A DNA stretch of 64,000 nt, from the IMG/VR virus record IMGVR_UViG_3300031963_000013; one strand, written 5' to 3'. Every line of letters begins with the position of its first letter. Position 1 is the stretch's first letter. Positions 20,963 to 30,915 of the stretch are shown piece after piece. This stretch comes from a virus. Below the pieces are notes generated by a model. It saw nothing but the letters and a program-made list of their open reading frames with translations, was not told the DNA's origin and made no database searches. The translations under genes were made by a program, and so were the position numbers.

Positions 20963-21169
20963 ATGAAAAAAATGTATTGCAAAATCTGCAACAAGGAAAT
21001 TCATCCAAAAAGAGTTCAATTAGGTTACAACGACACTTGCGTAGATCACTCGTCAACTTCAAGGTACACAGGAGTTATATCCGCGTCAGGTAAGTCAGAT
21101 TACGAGATAAACGTAATAAGAAACAAAGAGCAAGCACAGCACATCGTATCACTCTCTAATATTTATTAA
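20963..21169 (+). CDS. Small Zn-finger protein (DksA/TraR C4-like)
   Basis: CKIC...IHPKR...CVDH. Confidence 0.5.
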   Translation: MKKMYCKICNKEIHPKRVQLGYNDTCVDHSSTSRYTGVISASGKSDYEINVIRNKEQAQHIVSLSNIY

Positions 21170-21174
21170 AAAAC

Positions 21175-21357
21175 ATGAAATTAGACAACCTAACTTCTGA
21201 AGAAAAAAAGCAACTTAAGGAGTACATTCACAGCTTGAAAGAGATAAAGAAGTGCATCTCTGAACTTTTAGAAAAGGCAAACGTAAAAACAAACGATTTG
21301 GATGAAGTAGGTGGAAACATGTCAAAGGGTTTGACTCTGCATGTTGCTGAAAATTAA
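21175..21357 (+). CDS. Hypothetical protein
   Basis: Follows an ATATTTAT motif. Confidence 0.55.
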   Translation: MKLDNLTSEEKKQLKEYIHSLKEIKKCISELLEKANVKTNDLDEVGGNMSKGLTLHVAEN

Positions 21358-21374
21358 TAATAAATTAACAAGTT

Positions 21375-21716
21375 ATGCATTTATTTTTAGGTACTTTTTA
21401 TGGTTTCATAGGCCAAGTAATTAGTTTCTTAGCTTTACAAGGATCTTACAAGTACAATTTTCTAAAGGACAACGAGTGGATAGTAATTGCATCAGGAATG
21501 CCTACAGCTTTCTTTTTTTACAAAAGCGTTCATCACTTTATTGTTGCTTTTAACGGAGAGATGTGGCCGTCTAGACTTCTTGGATACTCTATAGGAGCGA
21601 TCGTATTTTACTTCATGTCTGCCATCTTATTTAAGGAAGCACTTACAATGAAAACAGTGGTGTGTTTGATTCTGTCATTGGTGATAATGCTGGTTCAAAT
21701 ATATTGGAAAAATTAA
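21375..21716 (+). CDS. Small multi-pass membrane protein (DMT/SMR-like)
   Basis: Four hydrophobic segments and an LFKE motif. Confidence 0.55.
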   Translation: MHLFLGTFYGFIGQVISFLALQGSYKYNFLKDNEWIVIASGMPTAFFFYKSVHHFIVAFNGEMWPSRLLGYSIGAIVFYFMSAILFKEALTMKTVVCLILSLVIMLVQIYWKN

Positions 21717-21740
21717 ACAACAAATAAAATTAAAAAGTTT

Positions 21741-21953
21741 ATGAAATTTACAAAAATTTACGAAATACTGCAGGATCTGGAAGAACACGAAAAGATAGAA
21801 ATGCTAAGATTGTTACAAGCGGAAGTGGAAGATTGGGATAGTTTATCCGTATCTGCTGTAGAGTATCAAAACGCTATTAAAACTCTAGAGAAAGCTTACT
21901 ACACGGATGGAGTCCGCGCCGAGACTATCTTAAAAATAGCAAAAAAATACTGA
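21741..21953 (+). CDS. Hypothetical protein
   Basis: ORF with A-rich leader. Confidence 0.6.
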   Translation: MKFTKIYEILQDLEEHEKIEMLRLLQAEVEDWDSLSVSAVEYQNAIKTLEKAYYTDGVRAETILKIAKKY

Positions 21954-21965
21954 TAAAACAAGTGT

Positions 21966-22157
21966 ATGATTGATAAGATTGAGAATTTCAACGAAAACAA
22001 AGCTTTGGATTTGTTTGAGCTCATAGAATTGATGTTTAACAATAAGCCAGACAAAAGAAAGAAGTTAGAATACACAGAGTGGAAGAACAACATAAACTCG
22101 TGGATAAACAAATGTAACAAGCTTTGCAAATTTAAAGTTTACGATAACCAAAAATAA
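21966..22157 (+). CDS. Hypothetical protein
   Basis: Packed ORF. Confidence 0.55.
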   Translation: MIDKIENFNENKALDLFELIELMFNNKPDKRKKLEYTEWKNNINSWINKCNKLCKFKVYDNQK

Positions 22158-22161
22158 AAAA

Positions 22162-22371
22162 ATGAAAAAGTATTTCCAAGTAAAGGTCCAATTCCGTCAA
22201 GAAGACGAAAGAGGTAAAATCAAAAAAGTGAATGTACAATACCTAGTCGATGCTATGAGTTGCACCGAAGCCGAAGCGAGAGTTGTTAAGTGGCTCGGAA
22301 GTATGAATGACTACGAAGTAAAATCTGTGTCTGAGTCACAAATAGCGGAAGTGATAGCTGTAGACAACTAA
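22162..22371 (+). CDS. DUF4494-like protein (Bacteroidetes-type)
   Basis: YF.VKV...GKIKKV..QYLVDA.S.TEAEARV pattern. Confidence 0.7.
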   Translation: MKKYFQVKVQFRQEDERGKIKKVNVQYLVDAMSCTEAEARVVKWLGSMNDYEVKSVSESQIAEVIAVDN

Positions 22372-22655
22372 TTGTTTGGTGCATACACACTAGAACCGAT
22401 AATTTTATAGTCTAAAACAAATATAGTATATTTACTTAAATAGTTAGTTATGTCATACTACATGATTCTGTGTTTAATAGTCATAGTTATTGCTCAAGCA
22501 GTTTATATCCTATATTTGCAATTCAACTTAGAAGAATACATGTATAAAATATCCTTCCTAGTGGATCAGCTCAAGAAGGTATCAAGCTCATTACACCACT
22601 TTCGAAGTGACAAAAAACAAAACGAATTAACAAAAGATAAAAATACAAAATAAAG

Positions 22656-22922
22656 ATGCTTACGATTAAATACTTCACTGCTACCTGGTGTGCTCCTTGT
22701 CGAGCTTTTGGGCCAATAGTAGATCAAGTTACGCAACAATACGCAAATAAAGTCAATCTCGTAAAGATAGACATCGAGACTAACGAGAGAGAAGTTTTTG
22801 GTTATTCGATTGTCAGCGTTCCGACTATGGTGTTTTTAAAAGGTGACACTGTTGTTCGTGTGCACAAGGGCGCAATGTCAAAACAACAACTTCAATCTTT
22901 GATAGAAGATTCGATTCACTAA
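22656..22922 (+). CDS. Thioredoxin
   Basis: FTATWCAPC and SVPT motifs. Confidence 0.9.
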   Translation: MLTIKYFTATWCAPCRAFGPIVDQVTQQYANKVNLVKIDIETNEREVFGYSIVSVPTMVFLKGDTVVRVHKGAMSKQQLQSLIEDSIH

Positions 22923-22943
22923 AACAAATTAAATAAAGGTTAT

Positions 22944-23300
22944 ATGAATGCTTCAAGCGAATTAACTCTCAAGAGTTTGTATCCCCCTGTGTGTGTATAC
23001 GGCGATTACTCAAAAAGCTGGTACATAATAGCCGATGGAGTTTGGCACCAGGTTAGAAGGAAGTACTCGTGGATGGAATTGGAGAAAATGTGGGAAAGAA
23101 GAGTAAGTACAAAGATCGAATATCCTAGAAAAAAAATCAATCACGAAAAGAAGAAGTGGCTCGTAGTCGGTAGCAAAGGAAACAATTACACTGTAGAAGT
23201 TTCTGGAGCAAATTGGACTTGTACGTGTCCATCTCACGGTTTTGGAAGAGGGAGAGACTGTAAACACATAACTCAAATAAAATCAAAAAATGGACAATAG
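22944..23300 (+). CDS. SWIM Zn-finger protein
   Basis: GSKGNNYTV...CTCP...CKH. Confidence 0.8.
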   Translation: MNASSELTLKSLYPPVCVYGDYSKSWYIIADGVWHQVRRKYSWMELEKMWERRVSTKIEYPRKKINHEKKKWLVVGSKGNNYTVEVSGANWTCTCPSHGFGRGRDCKHITQIKSKNGQ

Positions 23301-23628
23301 AATAGAGTACATAGATTCGCTGATACAAAGCATCACAGAACTAGAAGAGTCTTCAAACCCAGAGTACCGAATGGAAGAGCGCCAGTTTGAATTGTTCAAA
23401 GAACACTTGGTTCGTACGTGCAACGATAACTACCGCAAGTATTTAAGGGGAGAGCTAGACAGTTACGAAATCACAGAGCAGCAGTACGACGATGTGTACG
23501 ATGAATCATGTTTGGAATACGCTTCAGAGGTTCTTGACAACCTCGTAGATATGGGCTTTATGGAGGCAAGCGTATCTGAAACTGGAGAGATCCTATATGG
23601 AGCAATAGATCACAATAAAAACAAATAA
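23290..23628 (+). CDS. Hypothetical acidic protein
   Basis: ORF overlaps the upstream gene. Confidence 0.65.
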   Translation: MDNRIEYIDSLIQSITELEESSNPEYRMEERQFELFKEHLVRTCNDNYRKYLRGELDSYEITEQQYDDVYDESCLEYASEVLDNLVDMGFMEASVSETGEILYGAIDHNKNK

Positions 23629-23761
23629 AAGTTATATGAAAAAAGAAACAAAAAACGCCATCATCGTCATTGCGGCGATATTAGTATACGTTGCAACTGC
23701 AGCGTTGGTATCTTACTTATTAGGAGCATAAACAATAGTAATCAAAAAACCCAAAATAAAA

Positions 23762-24418
23762 ATGAAAACAACAATTTTATCGTTGATAGCTTTATTAGCA
23801 TTAACAACGTCCAACGCGCAAACAACAAACAGTGGAGGAGGACAATCACCAGAGAACACAGTTATTAGAATGAGATACGCAGGTTACCAGCAAGGCAACC
23901 ACGTATTCGTAATAAAAAACAAGAGAAACTGTGTGATAGGCATAACCACGAGAGTGGACACCGAGCAAGCTAGGGACACCACCATCCCCGCCCAAGACTC
24001 TATAGAGTTTAAAGTGCCAAAGCCAAGCGCTTTTACCCAAACAAAGTTCAGAGCAAAGGTTACTGAGGACTGCGTTCAAGATCCCAACCTGGGGTGGATA
24101 GAGATGGTAGTGCCATTCGCAAGCGCTTTATCTTTGTACGAAAGAGACCCCGAATATGTGAGAGAGAGACAGGGAATGACAGTTAAACTCGCATCAGTGG
24201 GAGCTGTGTTGGTAACCATGGGAGACAGCAAGAACTACTCAGTCTCAGTAGAAGAGCACGATCAACTCGGAAGAAAACTGTTAACAACCCAAATAAGGGC
24301 AACAAGATCTGCAACTGTGACTTTACCGAGGAGGCAACAGAACCAAATAACGTATTTAGTAGTAACAGTTCAAAGCAACCTACCCCATACGTTTACCTTA
24401 AAGAGAGTCCAACAGTAA
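23762..24418 (+). CDS. Secreted protein with T9SS-CTD-like C-terminus
   Basis: Signal peptide MKTTILSLIALLALTTSNAQ and C-terminal ...HDQLGRKL...YLVVTV...KRV. Confidence 0.55.
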   Translation: MKTTILSLIALLALTTSNAQTTNSGGGQSPENTVIRMRYAGYQQGNHVFVIKNKRNCVIGITTRVDTEQARDTTIPAQDSIEFKVPKPSAFTQTKFRAKVTEDCVQDPNLGWIEMVVPFASALSLYERDPEYVRERQGMTVKLASVGAVLVTMGDSKNYSVSVEEHDQLGRKLLTTQIRATRSATVTLPRRQQNQITYLVVTVQSNLPHTFTLKRVQQ

Positions 24419-24453
24419 CAAAACAAAAGTTATTAATAACCAAGCTTGAAATT

Positions 24454-24663
24454 ATGGAAAAGAAATTAACAATGATCGATCCACCAAGCGGTTGGCAATT
24501 TGGTTTCCCAAAACCAATACCTGAAGATAGAAAAAATGATGTTATTCCTTGGCTTATAGAACAAGGGTATCCTCAACATCTTATAGATGAACTAGGTGAG
24601 CATTTTTGTTGTAGATATTGGGAACAACCTGATGGAATAAAAACTAAAAAAGAAATAATATGA
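24454..24663 (+). CDS. Hypothetical phage protein
   Basis: IDPPSGWQFGFPK...WLIEQGYP. Confidence 0.7.
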   Translation: MEKKLTMIDPPSGWQFGFPKPIPEDRKNDVIPWLIEQGYPQHLIDELGEHFCCRYWEQPDGIKTKKEII

Positions 24664-25427
24664 AAAATCTACATTTATTGCCTACATACAAACCAAGTAG
24701 GTTATCAATACTAAATAGTGGTAAACTTAACTTTGGAGCAGAAATAATAAGTTCTTCTAACTCAAAACCTCAACACATCTACATCACTTCTGATGAAGAA
24801 ATTAAAGAAGGAGATGGTAGTTGGATTTTAGATTTAAGGTCAAATAGAAAGGCTAAAAATATAAATAACCATATTAAGGTTTGGAATGAAAACTGTAAAA
24901 AAATCACCCTAACAACAGACCAAGACTTAATCAAAGATGGTGTACAAGCTATTGATGATGAGTTTTTAGAATGGTTTGTAAAGAATCCAAGTTGTGAGGA
25001 AGTTGAAGTTGGATATGGGTGGATTAGACTTACTGAAACTGACAATGAAGGATATTGGGTTTCTATTCCTGATAAACAATTTGAAATGCAACAAGAAGAA
25101 CCTAAACAAGAAACACTTGAAGAAGTTGCTGAAAGATTACATCCAGTATGTATAAAACCTATACTTGATAAGTATGATGATAGAGTAACTAATGTTATTA
25201 GTGAAGAAGATGTAAATGAAGATTGCAGAGAGAGTTTTATTGAAGGTGCTAAATGGCAACAAGAAAGAATGTATAGTGAGGAAGATTTAAAGAAAGCATA
25301 TTTTTCCGCTATTGAAATAACTGGTGAGGGTTGGAATGGAGAATATGCTCAAGGTAATAATCCTAATATTGAAGAAACATTCCAAGAAGAGTTTAATCAA
25401 TGGTTTGAACAATTTAAAAAGAAATAA
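24660..25427 (+). CDS. Modular hypothetical protein, paralog of 40767-41432
   Basis: Shares near-identical DNA blocks YITSDEEIKEGD, LTTDQDLIKDGVQAIDDEFLEWFVKNPSCE and EEPKQETLEE with the paralog. Confidence 0.75.
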   Translation: MKNLHLLPTYKPSRLSILNSGKLNFGAEIISSSNSKPQHIYITSDEEIKEGDGSWILDLRSNRKAKNINNHIKVWNENCKKITLTTDQDLIKDGVQAIDDEFLEWFVKNPSCEEVEVGYGWIRLTETDNEGYWVSIPDKQFEMQQEEPKQETLEEVAERLHPVCIKPILDKYDDRVTNVISEEDVNEDCRESFIEGAKWQQERMYSEEDLKKAYFSAIEITGEGWNGEYAQGNNPNIEETFQEEFNQWFEQFKKK

Positions 25428-25428
25428 C

Positions 25429-25767
25429 ATGAATAAAGAATTTATCCCTTACGAACAAGCATTAGCACTTAAAGAACTTGGGTTTGATGAACCTTGTTTT
25501 GCTTGGTATGTTAGTGAGAAGCATGGATTGGAATATGGCAAAGTAATACAATCAGACTTACTCAGAGATGCTGTCATTGCACCAACATTCTCACAAGCAT
25601 TTAGATGGTTTAGAGAGAAATATGAACTATATTCTTTTGTATTTAAGTTTGATGAAGGATTTGGTTATGAAACTTACAAAGAAGGTGTAACACAAACCAA
25701 TGATTCATTTGACACCTATGAAGAAGCAGAACTTGCTTGTCTTAATAAGTTAATTGAAATTGTATAG
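25429..25767 (+). CDS. Hypothetical phage protein
   Basis: EFIPYEQALALKELGFDEPC...APTFSQAFRWFREK...YEEAELACL. Confidence 0.75.
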   Translation: MNKEFIPYEQALALKELGFDEPCFAWYVSEKHGLEYGKVIQSDLLRDAVIAPTFSQAFRWFREKYELYSFVFKFDEGFGYETYKEGVTQTNDSFDTYEEAELACLNKLIEIV

Positions 25768-25792
25768 AGAACAATTTAAAAATTAAATAACT

Positions 25793-26236
25793 ATGGCACA
25801 ACAAACAGCAGTAGAATTTTTAATAAAAGCATTTCAAGGTGCTTATGGAGATAAAGTAATAAATGTAGTATCTGTACAAGTTGAACAAGCCAAACAAATG
25901 GAGAAGCAGCAAATATTTGATGCCTTTAAAGAAGGAGTATCAGATGGATTTGATGGCTGGGGAGATACATATAAAGAAAAATACTACAATGAAACTTATG
26001 GAAGTAAGGGAAGTGATGAATTTAAAACTAATTTAGACAGATTGCCTTTCCCTGAATTAGTAGAAGAAATTGCTAAGTATTATGAAAAAGTACCTATAAT
26101 AGAAGCCACATCTTCCCAAACAGAAATATCAGATGAGGAGATAGAGAAAGAATCAAATAGAATTAATGGGGTATATTCAATAGCATTTGAGGAAGGAGCC
26201 AAATGGTACAGAGAACAATTAAAAAAGAAAATATGA
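25793..26236 (+). CDS. Modular hypothetical protein (QTAVE family)
   Basis: First ~100 nt identical to the 40541 ORF. Confidence 0.7.
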   Translation: MAQQTAVEFLIKAFQGAYGDKVINVVSVQVEQAKQMEKQQIFDAFKEGVSDGFDGWGDTYKEKYYNETYGSKGSDEFKTNLDRLPFPELVEEIAKYYEKVPIIEATSSQTEISDEEIEKESNRINGVYSIAFEEGAKWYREQLKKKI

Positions 26237-26469
26237 CACCAAAAGAAAAAGCAAAAGAGTTATGCAATAAGTTTTTAAGAACTTATAAAGTTGATCTTTA
26301 TCCTCCATTTAATTCAGCAAGTCAAGAAGCCAAACAATGTGCTTTAATAGCAGCAGATGAGATATTAAATGTCGTATCACGATATAATGCCAGTTGGCAT
26401 TGGCCAATGGATACTGCAAACGAATTTTATTATTGGCAAGAAGTAAAACAAGAAATTGAAAAGTTATGA
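26233..26469 (+). CDS. Modular hypothetical protein (MTPKEKA family)
   Basis: Paralog of 27169-27402. Confidence 0.7.
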   Translation: MTPKEKAKELCNKFLRTYKVDLYPPFNSASQEAKQCALIAADEILNVVSRYNASWHWPMDTANEFYYWQEVKQEIEKL

Positions 26470-26648
26470 ATAAAGAATTATTAACTAAATTATTAAGTGC
26501 GGCTCAGGAATTGGTAGTAACCCCTAAAGCCGATTATATCCACCTTTCCGAAGAATTCATACAGAAAAAAGCTGACGAAGAGAATGTATCATTTGAGGAA
26601 ATGGTAAATATTATTGAAAATTATCTGAAACCAAAACAATAGAAAGTT

Positions 26649-26849
26649 ATGAATAAAGAAAGATACAATCAGATTATTGATGTGGCGTATGAGAATTATA
26701 CTCAAACCAAGATTATTAAAACTAATAGTGGTGAAACACACATATCTCCTATAGGTCATTATAATGGAATGACCAAAGAAGAATTCATCAACAAATGTAA
26801 AACTGACACAGAGTTCTCAGAAATGTGGGGATTAAAAAGAAAAATCTAA
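26649..26849 (+). CDS. Hypothetical protein sharing a segment with ThyA
   Basis: EFINKCKTDTEFSEMWG. Confidence 0.55.
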   Translation: MNKERYNQIIDVAYENYTQTKIIKTNSGETHISPIGHYNGMTKEEFINKCKTDTEFSEMWGLKRKI

Positions 26850-26863
26850 TCATAACGATTTAT

Positions 26864-27166
26864 ATGGAAAATAAACAAACAGCAGCAGAATGGCTAATAG
26901 ACCAACTACGTCAACTTGCACATAACCCAAGCACACATCTAGGAATGGGTGATATAAGAGTTACACAAGGAATACTTGATGATCTTGAAGAACAAGCCAA
27001 ACAAATGGAGAAGGAGCAAGCTGAAAGAATGTATAGTGAGGCAATTGAGTTTGCTGAGTGGATTAGAATCAAGGACTTCCAAACTGCATCTAAAGATAAT
27101 TGGATTGGCTTAAATATGAAATGCTATACAACAAAAGAATTATTTGAACAATTTAAAAAGAAATAA
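26864..27166 (+). CDS. Modular hypothetical protein (QTAVE family)
   Basis: KQTAAEWL, EQAKQMEK, ERMYSE and FEQFKKK blocks. Confidence 0.7.
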   Translation: MENKQTAAEWLIDQLRQLAHNPSTHLGMGDIRVTQGILDDLEEQAKQMEKEQAERMYSEAIEFAEWIRIKDFQTASKDNWIGLNMKCYTTKELFEQFKKK

Positions 27167-27168
27167 TT

Positions 27169-27402
27169 ATGACACCAAAAGAGAAAGCAGAAGAGTTGGT
27201 TATTAAAATGTATCAGCCACTACTAGCTTCAAAAGAAGCAGAAAAAGGTAAAGAACATTTATATTATCAATATAAGGCAGCCAAACAATGTGCTTTGATT
27301 TGTGTGCAGGAAATACAAAGTAGAATTGTTAATCACCCGATGGATTGGGGCGCAAGTTCTTTGTATTGGGGACAAGTAAAACAAGAAATTGAAAAGCTAT
27401 GA
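27169..27402 (+). CDS. Modular hypothetical protein (MTPKEKA family)
   Basis: MTPKEKA, AKQCALI and VKQEIEKL blocks. Confidence 0.7.
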   Translation: MTPKEKAEELVIKMYQPLLASKEAEKGKEHLYYQYKAAKQCALICVQEIQSRIVNHPMDWGASSLYWGQVKQEIEKL

Positions 27403-27593
27403 GTAAAAGACAAACTGCTGTTGAATGGTTAGTAGATGAGTTATTAGATGGTAAACTTTTAATGCCATCACTAATCGAAGAAGCCAAACAAATGGAGAAG
27501 GATCAAATGAAAATAATGTTCGAGAAGGGAATAAAATTCATGTCTCCACCCCCTGGAAACAGCTATATGGCAATCAAAAACCCAAAGCAATAA
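27399..27593 (+). CDS. Modular hypothetical protein (QTAVE family)
   Basis: RQTAVEWL...EEAKQMEK. Confidence 0.65.
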   Translation: MSKRQTAVEWLVDELLDGKLLMPSLIEEAKQMEKDQMKIMFEKGIKFMSPPPGNSYMAIKNPKQ

Positions 27594-27595
27594 AA

Positions 27596-27901
27596 ATGAA
27601 ATACACCTACGACATAAGACAGTTCAAATACAACAAAGAGACAAACACCCTGTACGCTGAAGCTTTCAACCTAGAGGCACAGCTGCCCGACGGAAGCACG
27701 CACCAAGACCCGTTCCCAAGCGGTAGGGGACAGTTCTACGTAAAGAACCACGAAACCGGCAACGAGAGAAGGTTCACTTCCCTAAAGGAACAAACGGTCA
27801 AGTACTACGACAACCACGAGGAAGAGGGCTGGACCCAAGAGTTCACGCAGTGGGTGTTCGAGTCCGAGGACGGCATCAAGTGCGTGGTGAACCTTGACTA
27901 A
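27596..27901 (+). CDS. Hypothetical protein
   Basis: ORF with abrupt shift to C-ending codons. Confidence 0.65.
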   Translation: MKYTYDIRQFKYNKETNTLYAEAFNLEAQLPDGSTHQDPFPSGRGQFYVKNHETGNERRFTSLKEQTVKYYDNHEEEGWTQEFTQWVFESEDGIKCVVNLD

Positions 27902-28688
27902 CCGGCGCAAAAACCGAGGGGTACCCAAGGCAACGGCCGGAAAAACCGAAATCACCAAAGAAACACGGAAGCTGGGGGATAGACACGTAGGGGGAAATAC
28001 TCCCGTCTTCACCATCATCGCCAAAAAAATTGTCCGATATGTTGCTAAGGCAAAAAAAGAGAAGAACCATGAGCACGGGTGCAGCACAGGACGCATATAA
28101 AAATAGCTACCGCAAACACCGCTGTACGAACCAACGATAATTATTTTATCGCAAGTGTGCATATTTATTGTTAGAATACACGCACCAGTGTAGCGAAACT
28201 AAGCAGTCACCGTTGACCGTACGGCAGTGAAACAATAACGGCACAAGTCTCACAGAGCTCAGGAACAATAGAGGTTTTAGGTATACCATCGGTAGTAGAC
28301 CAAAGGCAAGCAGGGTGGCAACGAGCGTTGGGGCACAAAAGCACTCTCGGTCCAAGTAATCGAACCCGTCGGTGGACATGGGAATAAAATTTACTTGCTC
28401 GGTGAAGGGGACTCCTGGAATCGGGCACGAGTGGTGTAATGTGGTTACTCGATAGATATTCTTTACAGTTTAGGGGGAATTCAGTACATTTACCCTTATG
28501 GTATCGATACACTTCTTATACGTTCTATTTTTTACTCTCAACGTTTTGGTGGTTGCGGGAGGCATCAAGTTCTTGAGCAGCTACACTTGCAACACAGAAA
28601 GGGACATGGACACGGTCGCTTACGTTAAATTCTCGATATGGGTGAACGCCGGACTGGCCGCCCTCTGGTGTGCCCTGGCCTTCCTGGG

Positions 28689-28775
28689 TAACTGATTGGT
28701 TTCCAATGGGGTGCAACTCTTTGGTACCCAAGGCGTTGGTGCAACTGATTGGTTCCCAACAAAGAATTTTAAAAA
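28689..28775 (+). repeat. Array of three TTG-N5-CAA boxes
   Basis: TTG at 28696, 28721 and 28749, followed by AAGAATTTTAAAAA as at 17983. Confidence 0.8.
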
Positions 28776-28843
28776 TAGTTACGAAATTATTTCTCCAGCT
28801 CGCAGGAATGTGGTATATTTACCCAGTAACAAATCACTTAAAT

Positions 28844-29227
28844 ATGTCGCATTTCGTATCAACCCAGGCCCAGTTAAGACAGTTAGAGACACGCAACTTA
28901 GTTCGCAAGCACAATTCCGATCCCATCGTATACAAGCGATTCGCCGCATCGAAGGTAAGCGATCACGTTAAGCCTATGACGGTTGTTGAATTCACCGACC
29001 TGTTGGGCCGTAAGCACCGCATCCCTGTACGCAACAAGAAAATGATGCGCGAGGCGCAGGAGTTTTTGGCCATCTTCAAGCGCGAGGTTAGCGATGTGAA
29101 CGCTATCATTAACGAGTACCCGATGTCGTACGGTAAGGTTGCGCCCGAGTTTGCGGCTGATTGCGTTAACGAACTTCTTGCTTACGGCCTTTCTGAGGAA
29201 TTGGTTAAGCGCATCATCGGTTACTAA
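28844..29227 (+). CDS. Hypothetical early protein
   Basis: ATG 28844 lies downstream of the TATATTTAC element. Confidence 0.65.
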   Translation: MSHFVSTQAQLRQLETRNLVRKHNSDPIVYKRFAASKVSDHVKPMTVVEFTDLLGRKHRIPVRNKKMMREAQEFLAIFKREVSDVNAIINEYPMSYGKVAPEFAADCVNELLAYGLSEELVKRIIGY

Positions 29228-29272
29228 TCTGTACGCCGTTGCTGGCCTGGAAAACACCCAAAACAAACAAAC

Positions 29273-29395
29273 AGTCAGGTGGCGGAATTGGTAGACGCTA
29301 TATCAATAGTAGTGGAGACATAGAGTGGAATCTATGCCGCCCGCCAAAAAGAAAGAACTGATAAACCATTACAGGTTCGATTCCTGTCCTGACCA
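29273..29395 (+). ncRNA. tRNA-like element with variable core (copy 1)
   Basis: AGTCAGG-TG-GCGGAATTGGTAGACGC ... ACAGG-TTCGATT-CCTGT-CCTGACC-A. No 7-nt anticodon loop. Confidence 0.75.
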
Positions 29396-29412
29396 CTAAA
29401 ACAATAAAAGTT

Positions 29413-29760
29413 ATGAAAAAAACAAAACAATCGGTGAGCGGCACAAGCTATCACGGCGATACGGTAAGAGCGACGCTGCTAGACATGTACGCGATACTTG
29501 GACAACCAACCGACAGGAACGGAGACAAAACAACCTACGAATGGCACATGGAGACAGAATCCGGCCACGTATTTACAGTGTACGATTGGAAGGAGTACAG
29601 ACAGTTCGGTCCAAACGAGCGCATAGAGTGGCACATCGGCGGCCACACAGGTGCTGTAACTGCGGAAGCTATGTACAAAATAGCCGATCTGCGTAACGCG
29701 CTTGAGAGAATGTCTTCGGACATGAGAGACCTTGTTTCGGGCCAGATCGAGCTCATCTAA
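29413..29760 (+). CDS. Hypothetical phage protein
   Basis: DKTTYEW...FTVYDWKE...WHIGG. Confidence 0.75.
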   Translation: MKKTKQSVSGTSYHGDTVRATLLDMYAILGQPTDRNGDKTTYEWHMETESGHVFTVYDWKEYRQFGPNERIEWHIGGHTGAVTAEAMYKIADLRNALERMSSDMRDLVSGQIELI

Positions 29761-29802
29761 CACAGACACTAATCACTCACATAAACAAAAACAATAAAAG
29801 TT

Positions 29803-30615
29803 ATGAACACAAACAACAATTGGACAAGACAGAACTTAGAAGGCATCTCAATGGAAGTAGCAAAGGATAAAGCACCAGCCATCTTTGCGACCAAGCCCGC
29901 AGATTACATCAACACGAAGCTGTACCACTTCACACCGACAACCGAGATCGTTGACTACATGAAGGATCTGGGTTACGTATTAACAGACGCCAAACAGTCT
30001 AAGACAAAGATCGCACTAAGGAACAACTACGGTACACACATCGTATCCTTCCAGCACCCCGAGATATTCGTTAAGGACAACCAAGGAGGCATAGAAGCAA
30101 GGCCAACCATCGTACTACTCAACAGCCACGACGGATCGAGGCCGATACAATTCGAAATGGGACTCTTCAGACTGGTGTGCAGCAACGGCCTGATGGTGAA
30201 GTCTATGGACATGGGAAGCTTCAAAGAGAGACACACCAAGTACACCTTCCAACAGGTGAAGGACCTCATAGCATCCAAGATAGACACCCTCCCCAAGGTG
30301 GTAGAGAAGATCAACGACTGGAACTCCCTAGAGATGACGCCCAAACAGAGGCACCGCTTTGCCCTCGAGGCCCTGAAGATAAGAGCGGGAGAGGAGAGGG
30401 TGCCCGAAGATTACGAGCTGCACTCCATCCTCGAACCAAAACGCAAGGAGGACAACGGCAACACCCTCTGGAAGACGTTCAACGTTGTACAGGAGAACCT
30501 GATCAAGGGCGGCTTCCAAATGAACAACCGCACCGCCCGCGGCATCACCAACCCCGTACAGGACATGGTGCTGAACAAGGGGCTTTGGCAGTTGGCGGAA
30601 GAGTTCGCTGCTTAA
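29803..30615 (+). CDS. DUF932-family protein
   Basis: LLNSHDGS...GLFRLVCSNGL and LWKTFNVVQENLIKGG. Confidence 0.85.
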   Translation: MNTNNNWTRQNLEGISMEVAKDKAPAIFATKPADYINTKLYHFTPTTEIVDYMKDLGYVLTDAKQSKTKIALRNNYGTHIVSFQHPEIFVKDNQGGIEARPTIVLLNSHDGSRPIQFEMGLFRLVCSNGLMVKSMDMGSFKERHTKYTFQQVKDLIASKIDTLPKVVEKINDWNSLEMTPKQRHRFALEALKIRAGEERVPEDYELHSILEPKRKEDNGNTLWKTFNVVQENLIKGGFQMNNRTARGITNPVQDMVLNKGLWQLAEEFAA

Positions 30616-30915
30616 GTCGGTCGCTAGCGCGGTGCTAAAGGAGTCTAGCGGCTTGTTAGCGCCCCGCCAAAGCGATAATTGTTGTAGACAGGGGCCCTTA
30701 GCGCTGGGGCCCTTGCTTTAAGCCAAATATACCAACAAGGGAATTTTCAAAACCGGCACTTTCATATATACAAAAACATAAGTTATGTATCGCATAGAAT
30801 ATAGAAATTACACATGGGTAGTAGTAGATACTGTTACTGGTGCCGGAATAGTGTGCTTTCCTACACAAATCGCAGCAGTAAATTGGATAAATTCTAAAAA
30901 ACAAAAACAAATAGC

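Noticed and set aside
24660-27593. Diversity-generating retroelement template/variable repeats
   Set aside because: There is no reverse transcriptase in the window, and the differences are block replacements, not adenine-specific substitutions.
28670-28843. Extended N-termini of ORFs 28670, 32868, 38142, 40140 and 44400
   Set aside because: They run through regulatory repeats or tRNA-like elements; downstream ATGs with A-rich leaders are more plausible.
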